Shown: piece by piece, positions 20,608-29,352 of the stretch
Layout of the letters: every line of letters begins with the position of its first letter
How positions within the stretch are numbered: the first letter of the stretch is position 1
Source of the DNA: a virus
IMG/VR virus record: IMGVR_UViG_3300034069_002177
Location: 46,907-110,906 of that record
DNA: 64,000 bases
Strand: one strand, 5' to 3'
Notes under the pieces: model-generated
Told to the model about the DNA's origin: nothing
The model's database searches: none
The model's input: only the letters and a program-made list of their open reading frames with translations
Translations under genes and position numbers: made by a program

Positions 20608-20637
20608 TTGACAACATCGGTTTCGTTGGTGTACAGT
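20608..20637 (+). promoter_or_regulatory. internal sigma-A-type promoter
   Basis: TTGACA-N18-TACAGT. Confidence 0.65.
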
Positions 20638-20667
20638 TATGGAACAAGACAACAGAGAAAAAGATAT

Positions 20668-20749
20668 GCCCCTGTGGCGGAATTGGCAGACGCGCTCGAC
20701 TCAAAATCGAGTTCTTCACGGAGTATCGGTTCAAGTCCGATTAGGGGTA
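20668..20749 (+). tRNA. tRNA-Leu(CAA)
   Basis: CTCGA-CT CAA AA-TCGAG. Confidence 0.95.
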
Positions 20750-20793
20750 CAGGTTGTAGGCTGAAAATAACCAGCATAGTCAGAAGCCTATAT

Positions 20794-20867
20794 GCTCTCG
20801 TAGCCCAATCGGCAGAGGCGGTTGACTTAAAATCAATACAGTGTGGGTTCAAGTCCCACCGAGAGTA
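20794..20867 (+). tRNA. tRNA-Leu(TAA), short variable arm
   Basis: GTTGA-CT TAA AA-TCAAT. Confidence 0.9.
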
Positions 20868-20910
20868 CGCAACACAAGCAATAGAACAAATCCCATTAAT
20901 TAACACACCA

Positions 20911-20983
20911 CGGGGTGTGGCGCAGTTGGTAGCGCGCCCGTTTTGGGGGCGGGAGGTCGCAAGTTCGAATCTTGTCACCCCGA
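20911..20983 (+). tRNA. tRNA-Pro(TGG)
   Basis: CCCGT-TT TGG GG-GCGGG. Confidence 0.95.
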
Positions 20984-21036
20984 CGTAACAATGCATTACA
21001 CTAACAAGTAACGCAAGCAACAAAAGCAACACGTAT

Positions 21037-21109
21037 TCCTCGATAGCTCAATTGGCAGAGCATCGCACTGTTAATGCGACGGTTCTTGGTTCGAGTCCAA
21101 GTCGGGGAG
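21037..21109 (+). tRNA. tRNA-Asn(GTT)
   Basis: TCGCA-CT GTT AA-TGCGA. Confidence 0.95.
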
Positions 21110-21269
21110 CTAGGCGGTAGGGTCGCCTCTACACGTCGATTACGACAAACATCATGCAACAGTGCGTAGCACGCGCTTTCGCCCAATGGGCGGACGACCG
21201 CCTCTACTAGCCGCATGGTCATAAAGTCGAAATCATTAGTACGGTGCATCCGCGCCTACCGCCCATGTT

Positions 21270-21436
21270 TTCCTTGAAGCACACTGGCAGTGCGCGCCTA
21301 CATAGTAGGTCTTAAGAGATGGAGGTTCGAATCCTCCCAGCCGCCCTCGTGACGGCTGTAGTTCAATTCGTAGATTGGTAGAACAGACCGACATAGCCGG
21401 TAACAAAGAATGTGGGTTCAAATCCCACCAAGGAAT
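21270..21436 (+). ncRNA. tandem double tRNA-like RNA with swapped acceptor strands
   Basis: two D/anticodon/T sets; TTCCTTG pairs CAAGGAA, CAGCCG pairs CGGCTG. Confidence 0.65.
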
Positions 21437-21618
21437 CGAAACAACATCTAGCAGCATGGTCAGGAAGATGACTTGGATGTTGTTGTATCGAGGTATGAAT
21501 GAACCCGCGTAGCGAACCATTCCCATCTTCACCTATTCTTTCCTCGTAAGAGGCGGTGTTTCCTAAATCCCTCGGGATGGACGGACTCAGGGCTTTCCGT
21601 AAAGTTTCGTCCACCAAA

Positions 21619-22007
21619 GGGGATGACTTGGATTCGACTGATTGATACAGGCGAAAAGAAGCGTGCCGTGGGTTGTCTGGCGACTACGTAAATTACACCA
21701 GGCAAAAAGAAATGCAAACGCATCTCGCAACGACTTCGCACTCGCAGCCTAACCGCTACGAGGCTTAATGGAGTCTGTCTCAGCTTCCAATGCAGAATGA
21801 TTCACGGCAGGAACTAGGCATCAGCAAAGAGGAATCCGATGCGTCACCTAACTACTGGGTGGCAAGCAGCGTAATCATGGTAGATAGACGATAACGAGCC
21901 GGTGTCCATACCAACTCGTTGCAGTCGATAACCGCCCCAAATGGACTACGCACGTAGAAGGTTTCGGTTTATCAAGCAACACGCGGGTTCGATTCCCGCC
22001 ATCTCCA
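21619..22007 (+). ncRNA. ssrA: tmRNA, tag ANASRNDFALAA (21714-21752)
   Basis: GGGGATG..GGATTCGAC 5' end, GCGGGTTCGATTCCCGCCATCTCCA 3' end, G3-U70, tag ending ALAA-stop. Confidence 0.95.
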
Positions 22008-22013
22008 CGACCA

Positions 22014-22088
22014 CTCACGAGAAGTACCGGCTCGATACCGGCATGATCCACCATATGGGTCATCTGCATGGCAACAGACTACGTGGGA
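22014..22088 (+). ncRNA. circularly permuted tRNA-like domain with Ala identity
   Basis: T-arm, ATGATCC-ACCA, TAT, GGGTCAT; G3-U70 and A73. Confidence 0.5.
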
Positions 22089-22203
22089 GCACATATTTAG
22101 GTGAGAGTCCTTAGTCCAGACCGGGAGGGTATGACCGGGAGAGGGTGAAAGCCCCTAGGTGCCGCCTAACGTGGACGGCACCGCACAAACTTACAAGTAC
22201 GAG

Positions 22204-22233
22204 TTGACAGAAGCCATTTCTGCCTGTCATACT
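22204..22233 (+). promoter_or_regulatory. internal sigma-A-type promoter
   Basis: TTGACA-N18-CATACT. Confidence 0.55.
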
Positions 22234-22254
22234 GAATGAACAGCAACACAATAT

Positions 22255-22343
22255 GGAGTGGTCGCATAGTCCGGCTTAGTGCAGCAGTCTTGAAAACTGC
22301 CGTGGCGTTAAAACCACCGTGGGTTCAAATCCCACCCGCTCCG
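22255..22343 (+). tRNA. tRNA-Ser(TGA)
   Basis: GCAGT-CT TGA AA-ACTGC; long variable arm. Confidence 0.95.
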
Positions 22344-22386
22344 CGAAGGTTATAGGGTAGACATACCCGTTCCCTTTCACAATCAA

Positions 22387-22550
22387 AAGATGGCGTGTGG
22401 CGCAATTTGGCTGACGCAGTGGACTAGTACCTAACCCCTACGACTGGTGAGTTGTAATGGCATGGACGGAATCCACCGGAAATAGGGAGGCATTGGAAAC
22501 GATGTCCCACCCGAGGTTCCTTGCAGGTTCGAGTCCTGTCACGTTGTCTT
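22387..22550 (+). ncRNA. expanded tRNA-like RNA with insert in the anticodon loop
   Basis: 11-bp acceptor-like stem, D-arm, GTGGA/TCCAC enclosing ~48 nt, T-arm GCAGG-TTCGAGT-CCTGT. Confidence 0.55.
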
Positions 22551-22563
22551 CGATTGTGCCTTC

Positions 22564-22636
22564 GGGTTTTTAGCTCATCTGGTAGAGCGCTGCTTTTGCA
22601 AGGCAGAGGTGAGGGGTTCAAGTCCCCTAAGATCCA
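22564..22636 (+). tRNA. tRNA-Ala(TGC)
   Basis: TT TGC AA loop; G3-U70. Confidence 0.95.
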
Positions 22637-22764
22637 CGAGTCAAAGAAACTTCGGTTTTGATTTGACTTAGATAGAAATTGTCTGGTAGTGTTGTGATAA
22701 CAACAACGGAACTTGAAAAGACAACAGTGGAAATACAAGCTCAACGAAATTGGTTGAGCGAAAT

Positions 22765-22851
22765 GGAGCCGTCGCATAGTGGCCTAGTGCACCACCCTGC
22801 TAAGGTGGAGTACCCGCAAGGGTACCGTGGGTTCAAATCCCACCGGCTCCG
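22765..22851 (+). tRNA. tRNA-Ser(GCT)
   Basis: CCACC-CT GCT AA-GGTGG. Confidence 0.95.
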
Positions 22852-23045
22852 CAAAGACCGAATGAGTAACCCCTGGTACGGGTAAAAATTCAGTCCTCGC
22901 TCAAATCAGCATCATCGATGCGGCTTCCAGCCGTGAAGTTGGAAAGTACATCGAGGGTGGTACCACTGAAACGAGCAATTGCCTTGGATGACTCAATAGG
23001 GGTGCGAAATGACATAAGTCATGAGCTTCACTGAATAGGCATTAT

Positions 23046-23132
23046 GGAACCGTCGCATAGTGGTCTAGTGCACCACCTTGGAAAGGTGGCATACCTGCAA
23101 GGGTATCGAGAGTTCGAATCTCTCCGGTTCCG
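23046..23132 (+). tRNA. tRNA-Ser(GGA)
   Basis: CCACC-TT GGA AA-GGTGG. Confidence 0.95.
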
Positions 23133-23331
23133 CGTTGTCGTCTTCCAAGCGACAATCCCGACAAACCTGGGTGAAGGGTTGTTCAATGATGGCTAAGAAC
23201 TAAAACCGAGCCATTGTGTATTTTCTTCATTCTTGCACTGACTAGAATGTTGCGGTTGATCCCGTTAGGAAATCTACGGAACGGCTTCGGTTGTTTCGGG
23301 TCGTTAGGGTTTGATCACCCTTTCGACGCAT

Positions 23332-23405
23332 GCCTCGCTAGCTCAATTGGCAGTAGCATCTGACTCTTAATCAGAGGGTTCCCGGTTCAAGTCCGGGGCG
23401 AGGCA
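23332..23405 (+). tRNA. tRNA-Lys(CTT)
   Basis: TCTGA-CT CTT AA-TCAGA. Confidence 0.95.
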
Positions 23406-23839
23406 CAAAGTATCTTCGGATACTTGCAGTAAGACAAGGCTTCCATGTACGCCGCAAGGTATGTAGAGAAATCGCTTCGCATGGGTGAGTCTTACTGAGA
23501 ACGTAGAGATGCGATTAGAGGCGTTCTTTCCACACTTGTACACCGGATCGGTCCTAGGAGCCTATCGTCACAGACGGCACATCCGAGGGAGGGGTTGATG
23601 AACCCTTGTACGTATACATCGTCGCTTCAAGCACAGCCTCTGTGAGGAACTGTTGCCAGTTCGGACGTAACCCGAACGCTCGTAAGTTCACAGCCTATGT
23701 AGAGGGGCTGGTGGGGCGCAATCCCATTGCGGTTATGAAAAGCCGAAAACTTGCAGCATTTTCGTCATGTGCGGGGTTCAATTCCCCAAGGGCGTCGGCT
23801 CAAACCCGGCGCGGTTGGATTCATTACCGTGGCGAATAT

Positions 23840-23913
23840 GGTGGGCGTAGCTCAGTTGGTAGAGCGCTGGCTTGTGGAGCCGGATGTCGCGGGTTCGAGC
23901 CCCGTCGTTCACC
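23840..23913 (+). tRNA. tRNA-His(GTG)
   Basis: CTGGC-TT GTG GA-GCCGG; G-1:C73. Confidence 0.95.
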
Positions 23914-24088
23914 CGAATTACGTTCTGATTCAGATACCAAAAAGGAATCAGAAAGTCATCGAACAGCTTGGTATCTCTGTTGTGGATGGTGTGAAGTCGT
24001 ATCGAGTCATCTTTTGCGTCGGCAGGCGTTGATGACAGGTGATGCATTCCGAAAGGAACTGCCCGTCGATAGCTTCACATAAGTTTTT

Positions 24089-24179
24089 GGAGGGGTCGCA
24101 TAGTCCGGCTTAGTGCAGCAGTTTCGAAAGCTGCCGTAGGTGTCACATCCTACCGTGGGTTCAAATCCCACCCTCTCCG
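24089..24179 (+). tRNA. tRNA-Ser(CGA)
   Basis: GCAGT-TT CGA AA-GCTGC. Confidence 0.95.
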
Positions 24180-24289
24180 CAATAGAGTTCAAGCAGCCCT
24201 GATTACCAGGAAGCATAAGATGACACTTGGACCTAGATTTCTTCATCGACTAGCAGATTCGTTCTGACTTGTCAGATGAAGTAAGTAAT

Positions 24290-24369
24290 GCCCGATTGGT
24301 GGAATTGGCAGACACGCTGGCTTTAGGTGCCAGTGCTTAGGCGTGAGAGTTCAAGTCTCTCATCGGGTA
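24290..24369 (+). tRNA. tRNA-Leu(TAG)
   Basis: CTGGC-TT TAG GT-GCCAG. Confidence 0.95.
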
Positions 24370-24515
24370 CGCACGGATTCACAAGACGACTGGTGCAATG
24401 GTCGTTGCATAGTGCCTTGTTGTGATGATGTTGCCGGTTGGATCGGTATTGCACAATTGCCCCCCAACAAATCAGGTCCACCGAACGTCGTGATGACAGT
24501 GCGGTGGGCTTCTGA

Positions 24516-24589
24516 CGCTCAGTAGCCAAGATGGTAAGGCGCACCGCTCATAACGGTGTTACGCGGTGGTTCGAGTCCACCCTGAGCGA
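24516..24589 (+). tRNA. tRNA-Met/Ile2(CAT)
   Basis: CACCG-CT CAT AA-CGGTG. Confidence 0.9.
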
Positions 24590-24826
24590 CAAAGGTGATG
24601 AGGAAGGTCTTGACTACACTCATTATCTAACGGGACGACCCGGCAAGGTCGCTTTCGGTTCTCAGGTTTATCCCGTACACCCCTGAGACAGCAGTGTGAA
24701 ACCTTTTGCCGAGGGTTGCTGCATTTTGAGACAGAAGAATGCATGTGATGTTATTGCCTCCGCGCTGACCTCTCCATGTTGGATATCTGTCGGATCCTAA
24801 GTTGGTCACACTCGGCTTAGTTGTCT

Positions 24827-24900
24827 GGCGCGTTAGCACAATTGGTAGTTGCAGCACCCTTTCACGGTGCAGGTTACGGGTTCGAGCCCCGTACGCGTCA
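24827..24900 (+). tRNA. tRNA-Glu(TTC)
   Basis: GCACC-CT TTC AC-GGTGC. Confidence 0.9.
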
Positions 24901-24916
24901 CGTTTCTTGTTGGTAC

Positions 24917-24946
24917 TTGACAAGATAGGTAAGTCACCTGTAAGGT
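24917..24946 (+). promoter_or_regulatory. internal sigma-A-type promoter
   Basis: TTGACA-N18-TAAGGT. Confidence 0.65.
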
Positions 24947-24961
24947 GATAGTAGTAAATAT

Positions 24962-25035
24962 GGCGCTGTAGCACAATTGGCAGTTGCATCGGTTTCTCAG
25001 ACCGAAGGTTGCGGGTTCAAGTCCCGTCAGCGTCA
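24962..25035 (+). tRNA. tRNA-Glu(CTC)
   Basis: TCGGT-TT CTC AG-ACCGA. Confidence 0.9.
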
Positions 25036-25164
25036 CGATAACCCAAACGCTCCGAGGAATGTCGGAATCACTGGCGGGTTAGATAACTAACGAGAGACAC
25101 TACGTAGCCTTCCTCAGGAGGTCTTTCGTCCAGAGTCGCCTACTGAGGCGGAAGCGACTACCAT

Positions 25165-25238
25165 GCCATCTTAGCTCAGTTGGAGAGAGCGACTGTTTGA
25201 AAAGCAGTAGGTCACCGGTTCGGCTCCGGTAGTTGGCA
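25165..25238 (+). tRNA. tRNA-Phe(GAA)
   Basis: ACTGT-TT GAA AA-GCAGT. Confidence 0.85.
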
Positions 25239-25265
25239 CACTGGTTCCTTTTAGGACCACGTTAT

Positions 25266-25340
25266 ACCCTTGTAGTTCAGTAGAGATTAGGGCGCTTGTC
25301 GATGAGACAGGAGGCGGTGGTTCAAGTCCACCTGGGGGTA
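25266..25340 (+). ncRNA. tRNA-like RNA, non-canonical anticodon loop
   Basis: intact T-arm GGTGG-TTCAAGT-CCACC; loop CGATGAG. Confidence 0.6.
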
Positions 25341-25457
25341 CGGTTGAGAGACTTTGCAAGGTCTCGATGCAAGTTCGGCGGGAATTGAACCCGTGCGGGG
25401 CGCAAGCTACGGTTGTCGTATGAGGAAGCTTACTCAGATAGTCTTCGCGTAGCACAT

Positions 25458-25530
<73 letters not shown>

Positions 25531-25611
25531 CAAACGGTGAGAGCCACTGGTTCTTAGCCGTCTTATCTCTACATCAACATCCAATCTATAGATACGGCGT
25601 TGCTGTAGGGT

Positions 25612-25685
25612 TCCCTGTTGCGACTAATGGAATATGTCGTCTTCACAAGAACGAAGAGATGCCAGTTCGACTCTGGTACGGGGAG
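25612..25685 (+). ncRNA. tRNA-like RNA with 8-nt loop ACAAGAAC
   Basis: all four stems pair; anticodon loop non-canonical. Confidence 0.65.
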
Positions 25686-25866
25686 CTTAGTGGTACCGGC
25701 ACAGGGTGTACAACCATCGTCGGTGCGGTCGGGAGTGATATCCCCTGACCAGTCGTGCTTGGAAGGCTGCGTAATGTAGTACGGGGTTCGATCCCCGTCA
25801 TGAGCCACTTATACTTCTTCAAGGGTTGACCGGAATCAAGATGCCGTGATACCATTGAAGGCATAA

Positions 25867-25941
25867 TGCGGGGTAGGGCAGTTCGGTAGCCCGCCAGGCT
25901 CATAATCTGGAAGTCGCGTGGTTCAAATCCCGCCCCCGCAA
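25867..25941 (+). tRNA. tRNA-Met(CAT), initiator-like body
   Basis: CCAGG-CT CAT AA-TCTGG. Confidence 0.85.
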
Positions 25942-26163
25942 CGTTACAACGAAGATACAAACATCGAAGGGTTCTTGTATCGGGATTACTAGAAAGCGCA
26001 ACCTGCGTGTAACTGGGTTGTGTTAGGTGGGGACCGTAAGGTTCGTGCCGACACCGGCAAGAGAACGAGACCTAGCGTGAGAGCGAGAGGTCAGGTGAAT
26101 TGGTACTTCGTACCGCGAGAAGCCCGAGCTTAGATGCACACGTTCCACTTGCCGGTTTTGTTT

Positions 26164-26236
26164 GGGTCGTTAGCTCATCTGGTAGAGCGCTGCTTTTGCA
26201 AGGCAGAGGTGAGGGGTTCAAGTCCCCTACGATCCA
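26164..26236 (+). tRNA. tRNA-Ala(TGC)
   Basis: near copy of 22564..22636 with altered acceptor pairs. Confidence 0.95.
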
Positions 26237-26336
26237 CGCTTCCTCTCCAATCACCATTCTCGGCTCATTACCTTGGATGGCGGAGAGCCCCCACTTCGAT
26301 ACCGGTTACGGGGTGGGGGATAGAAGCAACCAATAT

Positions 26337-26410
26337 AGGGGTATAGCTCAGATGGTTAGAGCGCTTCGCTGATAACGAAGAGGTCTTCGGTTCAATTCCG
26401 AATATCCCTA
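26337..26410 (+). tRNA. tRNA-Ile(GAT)
   Basis: CTTCG-CT GAT AA-CGAAG. Confidence 0.95.
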
Positions 26411-26440
26411 CTGCTCATTGTCACTTCTAGAATCTGGCGG

Positions 26441-26470
26441 TTGACAAAGAGTTACGACACACGATAAAGT
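26441..26470 (+). promoter_or_regulatory. internal sigma-A-type promoter
   Basis: TTGACA-N18-TAAAGT. Confidence 0.6.
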
Positions 26471-26518
26471 GGTGGTCGCGGTAAACAGTCCGCACAGGCT
26501 CTCAACATTGAGGGTTCT

Positions 26519-26593
26519 GGCGCATTAGCACAATTGGTTAGTTGCATCGCCCTTTCACGGCGAAGGTTACGGGTTCAAGTCCCGTATGCGTCA
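26519..26593 (+). tRNA. tRNA-Glu(TTC)
   Basis: TCGCC-CT TTC AC-GGCGA. Confidence 0.9.
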
Positions 26594-26594
26594 C

Positions 26595-26671
<77 letters not shown>

Positions 26672-26696
26672 CTTCCAAACCAATATCAGTTTGGAC

Positions 26697-26726
26697 TTGA
26701 CATCTACACAAAGTTGTTGCTAAGGT
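26697..26726 (+). promoter_or_regulatory. internal sigma-A-type promoter
   Basis: TTGACA-N18-TAAGGT. Confidence 0.65.
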
Positions 26727-26795
26727 TGTTCTATAAGCAAGAAAGAACAACACTTGGTAACTCCATAGAGAAAGAAATGCCGCGCAAGCGGTTTT

Positions 26796-26868
26796 GGCTG
26801 TATAGCTCAGGGGTGAGAGCACTTCGCTGATAACGAAGGGGTCGGTGGTTCGATTCCACCTACAGCCA
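26796..26868 (+). tRNA. tRNA-Ile(GAT)
   Basis: CTTCG-CT GAT AA-CGAAG. Confidence 0.95.
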
Positions 26869-27067
26869 CTCGGAACACAACAACTCGCATACCTGCCGGA
26901 CCAATCATCTGAGCAGCGCGGGGCGGAATGTTCGTCTCGAAAGAGAAATCGGCGGTATCTAGCGGTCCTTGGTTGCAAGGGTGCCGCAAGATGGATGAGT
27001 ACCGAGCGTTAACCTCATCAGATGATACGAAGCGAGATTGATTACCAAGCTTCTAAGTCGTCAACAT

Positions 27068-27140
27068 GCCCCTTTAGCTCAGTTGGTAGAGCGCTACGTT
27101 TACACCGTAGATGTCATCGGTTCGAGCCCGGTAGGGGGCA
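27068..27140 (+). tRNA. tRNA-Val(TAC)
   Basis: CTACG-TT TAC AC-CGTAG. Confidence 0.95.
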
Positions 27141-27346
27141 CTGCACCAAGCGGTTATGCATGACTGACTATGGTGCTTGACACATACCAAGTGTCTAGGC
27201 GGGGTTCCTGAATGTGACCTAGTTGTCGGTTGGCTCCAAACCGTCCCTTATGGACTACGAGGTTACCGCGTGTCCCGTTTAGCGTTCTTGCGTGAAGAGC
27301 GTTGTGGGTGTCCGTCTCAGTGGTACGAGACGTAATCCCACAGAAT

Positions 27347-27419
27347 GCGCCCGTAGCTCAGGGGATAGAGCGGTTGACTACGGATCAACAGGTCGGGGGT
27401 TCGATTCCCTTCGGGCGCA
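27347..27419 (+). tRNA. tRNA-Arg(ACG)
   Basis: GTTGA-CT ACG GA-TCAAC. Confidence 0.95.
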
Positions 27420-27434
27420 CGCAACACAAAGATT

Positions 27435-27675
27435 TTCAACCAACTGGACTGTCGCGGGCGAAAGCTTGAGGAAAGTCCGGGCACTTGACCAACTACCGTG
27501 TGGTAGATGAACTCCGCGTTCATCGCTCAAGAACCACTAAGCCCAACCTAAAAAGCAGGGTGCAGGATGTGTGCAACGCCAAACAGTCTGAGGGAGTTGG
27601 TCTCCTGTGAAAGACGGGTAGGCGGCTGAGACAGATGACAGTCTAAAACAGAACCCGGCTTACGGGTTGGTTGAA
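27435..27675 (+). ncRNA. rnpB: RNase P RNA, unusually short (~241 nt)
   Basis: P1 TTCAACCAAC/GGTTGGTTGAA; GAGGAAAGTCCGGGC and AAAACAGAACCCGGCTTA signatures. Confidence 0.9.
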
Positions 27676-27680
27676 TTAAT

Positions 27681-27764
27681 GCCCGCATGGCGAAATTGGC
27701 AGCCGCGTTGCGTTCAGAGCGCAATGACCGAATGGTCGTCCGAGTTCAAGTCTCGGTGTGGGCA
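27681..27764 (+). tRNA. tRNA-Leu(CAG)
   Basis: TTGCG-TT CAG AG-CGCAA. Confidence 0.95.
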
Positions 27765-27855
27765 CTGCTGACCTAGGTCAGCCACTAATGAAAGGCTACA
27801 CGAAATGATGGACTCCACCTAACCCTCCTTTGTTGACTATACAAAGGAGGTGAAA

Positions 27856-28035
27856 ATGAGAAAATTCACATACACAGACACCCGCGACTGGAAGGTCGCT
27901 GATGTCGATGGCAAGGCTATGACCTTGCTCGTGACGGATGCAAAGGGCAACAAAAGGAACGTCGAAAAGTTCGACGGCTTCCGCTCTGCATCCAGAGCAG
28001 CCAAGAAGCTTGGTGGTTTCGCCGTTAGGGCGTAA
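27856..28035 (+). CDS. small basic protein inside the tRNA array
   Basis: AAAGGAGGTG RBS; 59 aa, K/R-rich. Confidence 0.7.
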   Translation: MRKFTYTDTRDWKVADVDGKAMTLLVTDAKGNKRNVEKFDGFRSASRAAKKLGGFAVRA

Positions 28036-28151
28036 CTAGGCTTTCAGATTTCTCCGGTGTGCGGAGAATGAAATACCCAGTCGTGGACCTTGCAGAAACG
28101 AAGCGGCTGGCGAGTGGTAGGCATGTACTGCACTGTCCTACCACTCAAAAT

Positions 28152-28224
28152 GGCTCTGTAGCTCAGTTGGTAGAGCGTTCGACTGAAAATCGAAAGGTCA
28201 CCGGATCGATGCCGGTCGGAGCCA
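28152..28224 (+). tRNA. tRNA-Phe(GAA)
   Basis: TTCGA-CT GAA AA-TCGAA. Confidence 0.95.
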
Positions 28225-28374
28225 CGACCGATTCCATACAGTTTTTGCGGACTGCGATGGATCTCACTACTAGCCACGGGTACTTCGTTGCGTGCTGAGT
28301 AGGACATGAGGATTGGTGCCTCATCAATGAATAGACTGGTTGGGATACCGCAAAATTTCCAACTGGTCGCACTA

Positions 28375-28448
28375 GCCTCGCTAGCTCAATATGGCAGAGC
28401 ATCAGACTTTTAATCTGCGGGTTCTCGGTTCAAGTCCGAGGCGGGGCA
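28375..28448 (+). tRNA. tRNA-Lys(TTT)
   Basis: CAGA-CT TTT AA-TCTG. Confidence 0.9.
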
Positions 28449-28473
28449 CACATCATTGGGATTCCAATGACTA

Positions 28474-28557
28474 GATAGTAGTGATGTAATTGGCAGCACG
28501 TCCGCCTTGTGTACAGAGGGCTAACGGAAGGAATCGACTCGAAATCGTTCTACTATC
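28474..28557 (+). ncRNA. tRNA-like RNA with extended anticodon arm
   Basis: GATAGTAG/CTACTATC stem, D-loop AATTGGCA, T-like loop CTCGAAA. Confidence 0.55.
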
Positions 28558-28684
28558 GAAAACCGTGGCGTATGGTTTATTACGCAGTCACCGAAACATG
28601 GCGTAGGCGAAGCGCCCTAGAAGTTGGATTAGGTGAAAGGTGTCGGAAGCTCCCTCAGCAGGAGCCTAGTCTTGGTCACCATAT

Positions 28685-28757
28685 TCCTCTATAGCTCAAT
28701 TGGCAGAGCAGTCGGCTGTTAACCGACAGGTTCGTGGTTCGAATCCACGTGGGGGAG
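28685..28757 (+). tRNA. tRNA-Asn(GTT)
   Basis: GTCGG-CT GTT AA-CCGAC. Confidence 0.95.
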
Positions 28758-28880
28758 CAATGCGAGTATCCGGTACGCAAGGTTGCAACGCTCGCAGAAG
28801 TCCTAACTTTCCCACAGCAGTCCGTGAGGGAAGTCAAGCAACGGAAATGAGAAATCATAGGGTTGGCGGTTAGGCAACAT

Positions 28881-28952
28881 GGCGATGTGGTGTGAGTGGT
28901 TAGCCGTTTCTCTGCAAAAGAAAATATGCCGGTTCGATTCCGGTCGTCGCCT
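28881..28952 (+). tRNA. tRNA-Cys(GCA)
   Basis: TTTCT-CT GCA AA-AGAAA; U73. Confidence 0.85.
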
Positions 28953-29008
28953 CAATGCTCGATTTGACTTTCACCGGTCAGTCGTTCTACCATGTTCTAT
29001 ATGAACAT

Positions 29009-29083
29009 GGGGTGATAGCCAAGCTGGTTAAGGCACCGAACTCATAATTCGACGATTCGTGGGTTCAAGTCCCACTCACCCCA
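29009..29083 (+). tRNA. tRNA-Met/Ile2(CAT)
   Basis: CGAA-CT CAT AA-TTCG. Confidence 0.9.
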
Positions 29084-29257
29084 CTCAACTTCATCACTAC
29101 TCCGATGAGGTAGGGTTCCGATAAGCACCATGTGTGCTAAGATTGGGGCTCGCAGAACCACCCGGTTCTGTTGTGTGCTGGATTCCGTGTTGTGCGCACG
29201 ACGTGGAATTCATCGGTCGAAGTCCGACGTATGTAACCGACGAAACAGGTGCTACAT

Positions 29258-29330
29258 GCCCGTATAGCTCAGTTGGTAGAGCGCCAGCATGACTCGCTGG
29301 ATGTCGGGGGTTCAAATCCCTCTACGAGCA
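29258..29330 (+). tRNA. tRNA-Val(GAC)
   Basis: CCAGC-AT GAC TC-GCTGG. Confidence 0.85.
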
Positions 29331-29352
29331 CTGCTTCTTGACACGAAGCTAT

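Noticed and set aside
27856..28035. VTDAKGNKRNV as a tenth leader motif, or the ORF as RnpA
   Set aside because: Motif is internal and diverged; no RNR motif and the protein is about half RnpA length.
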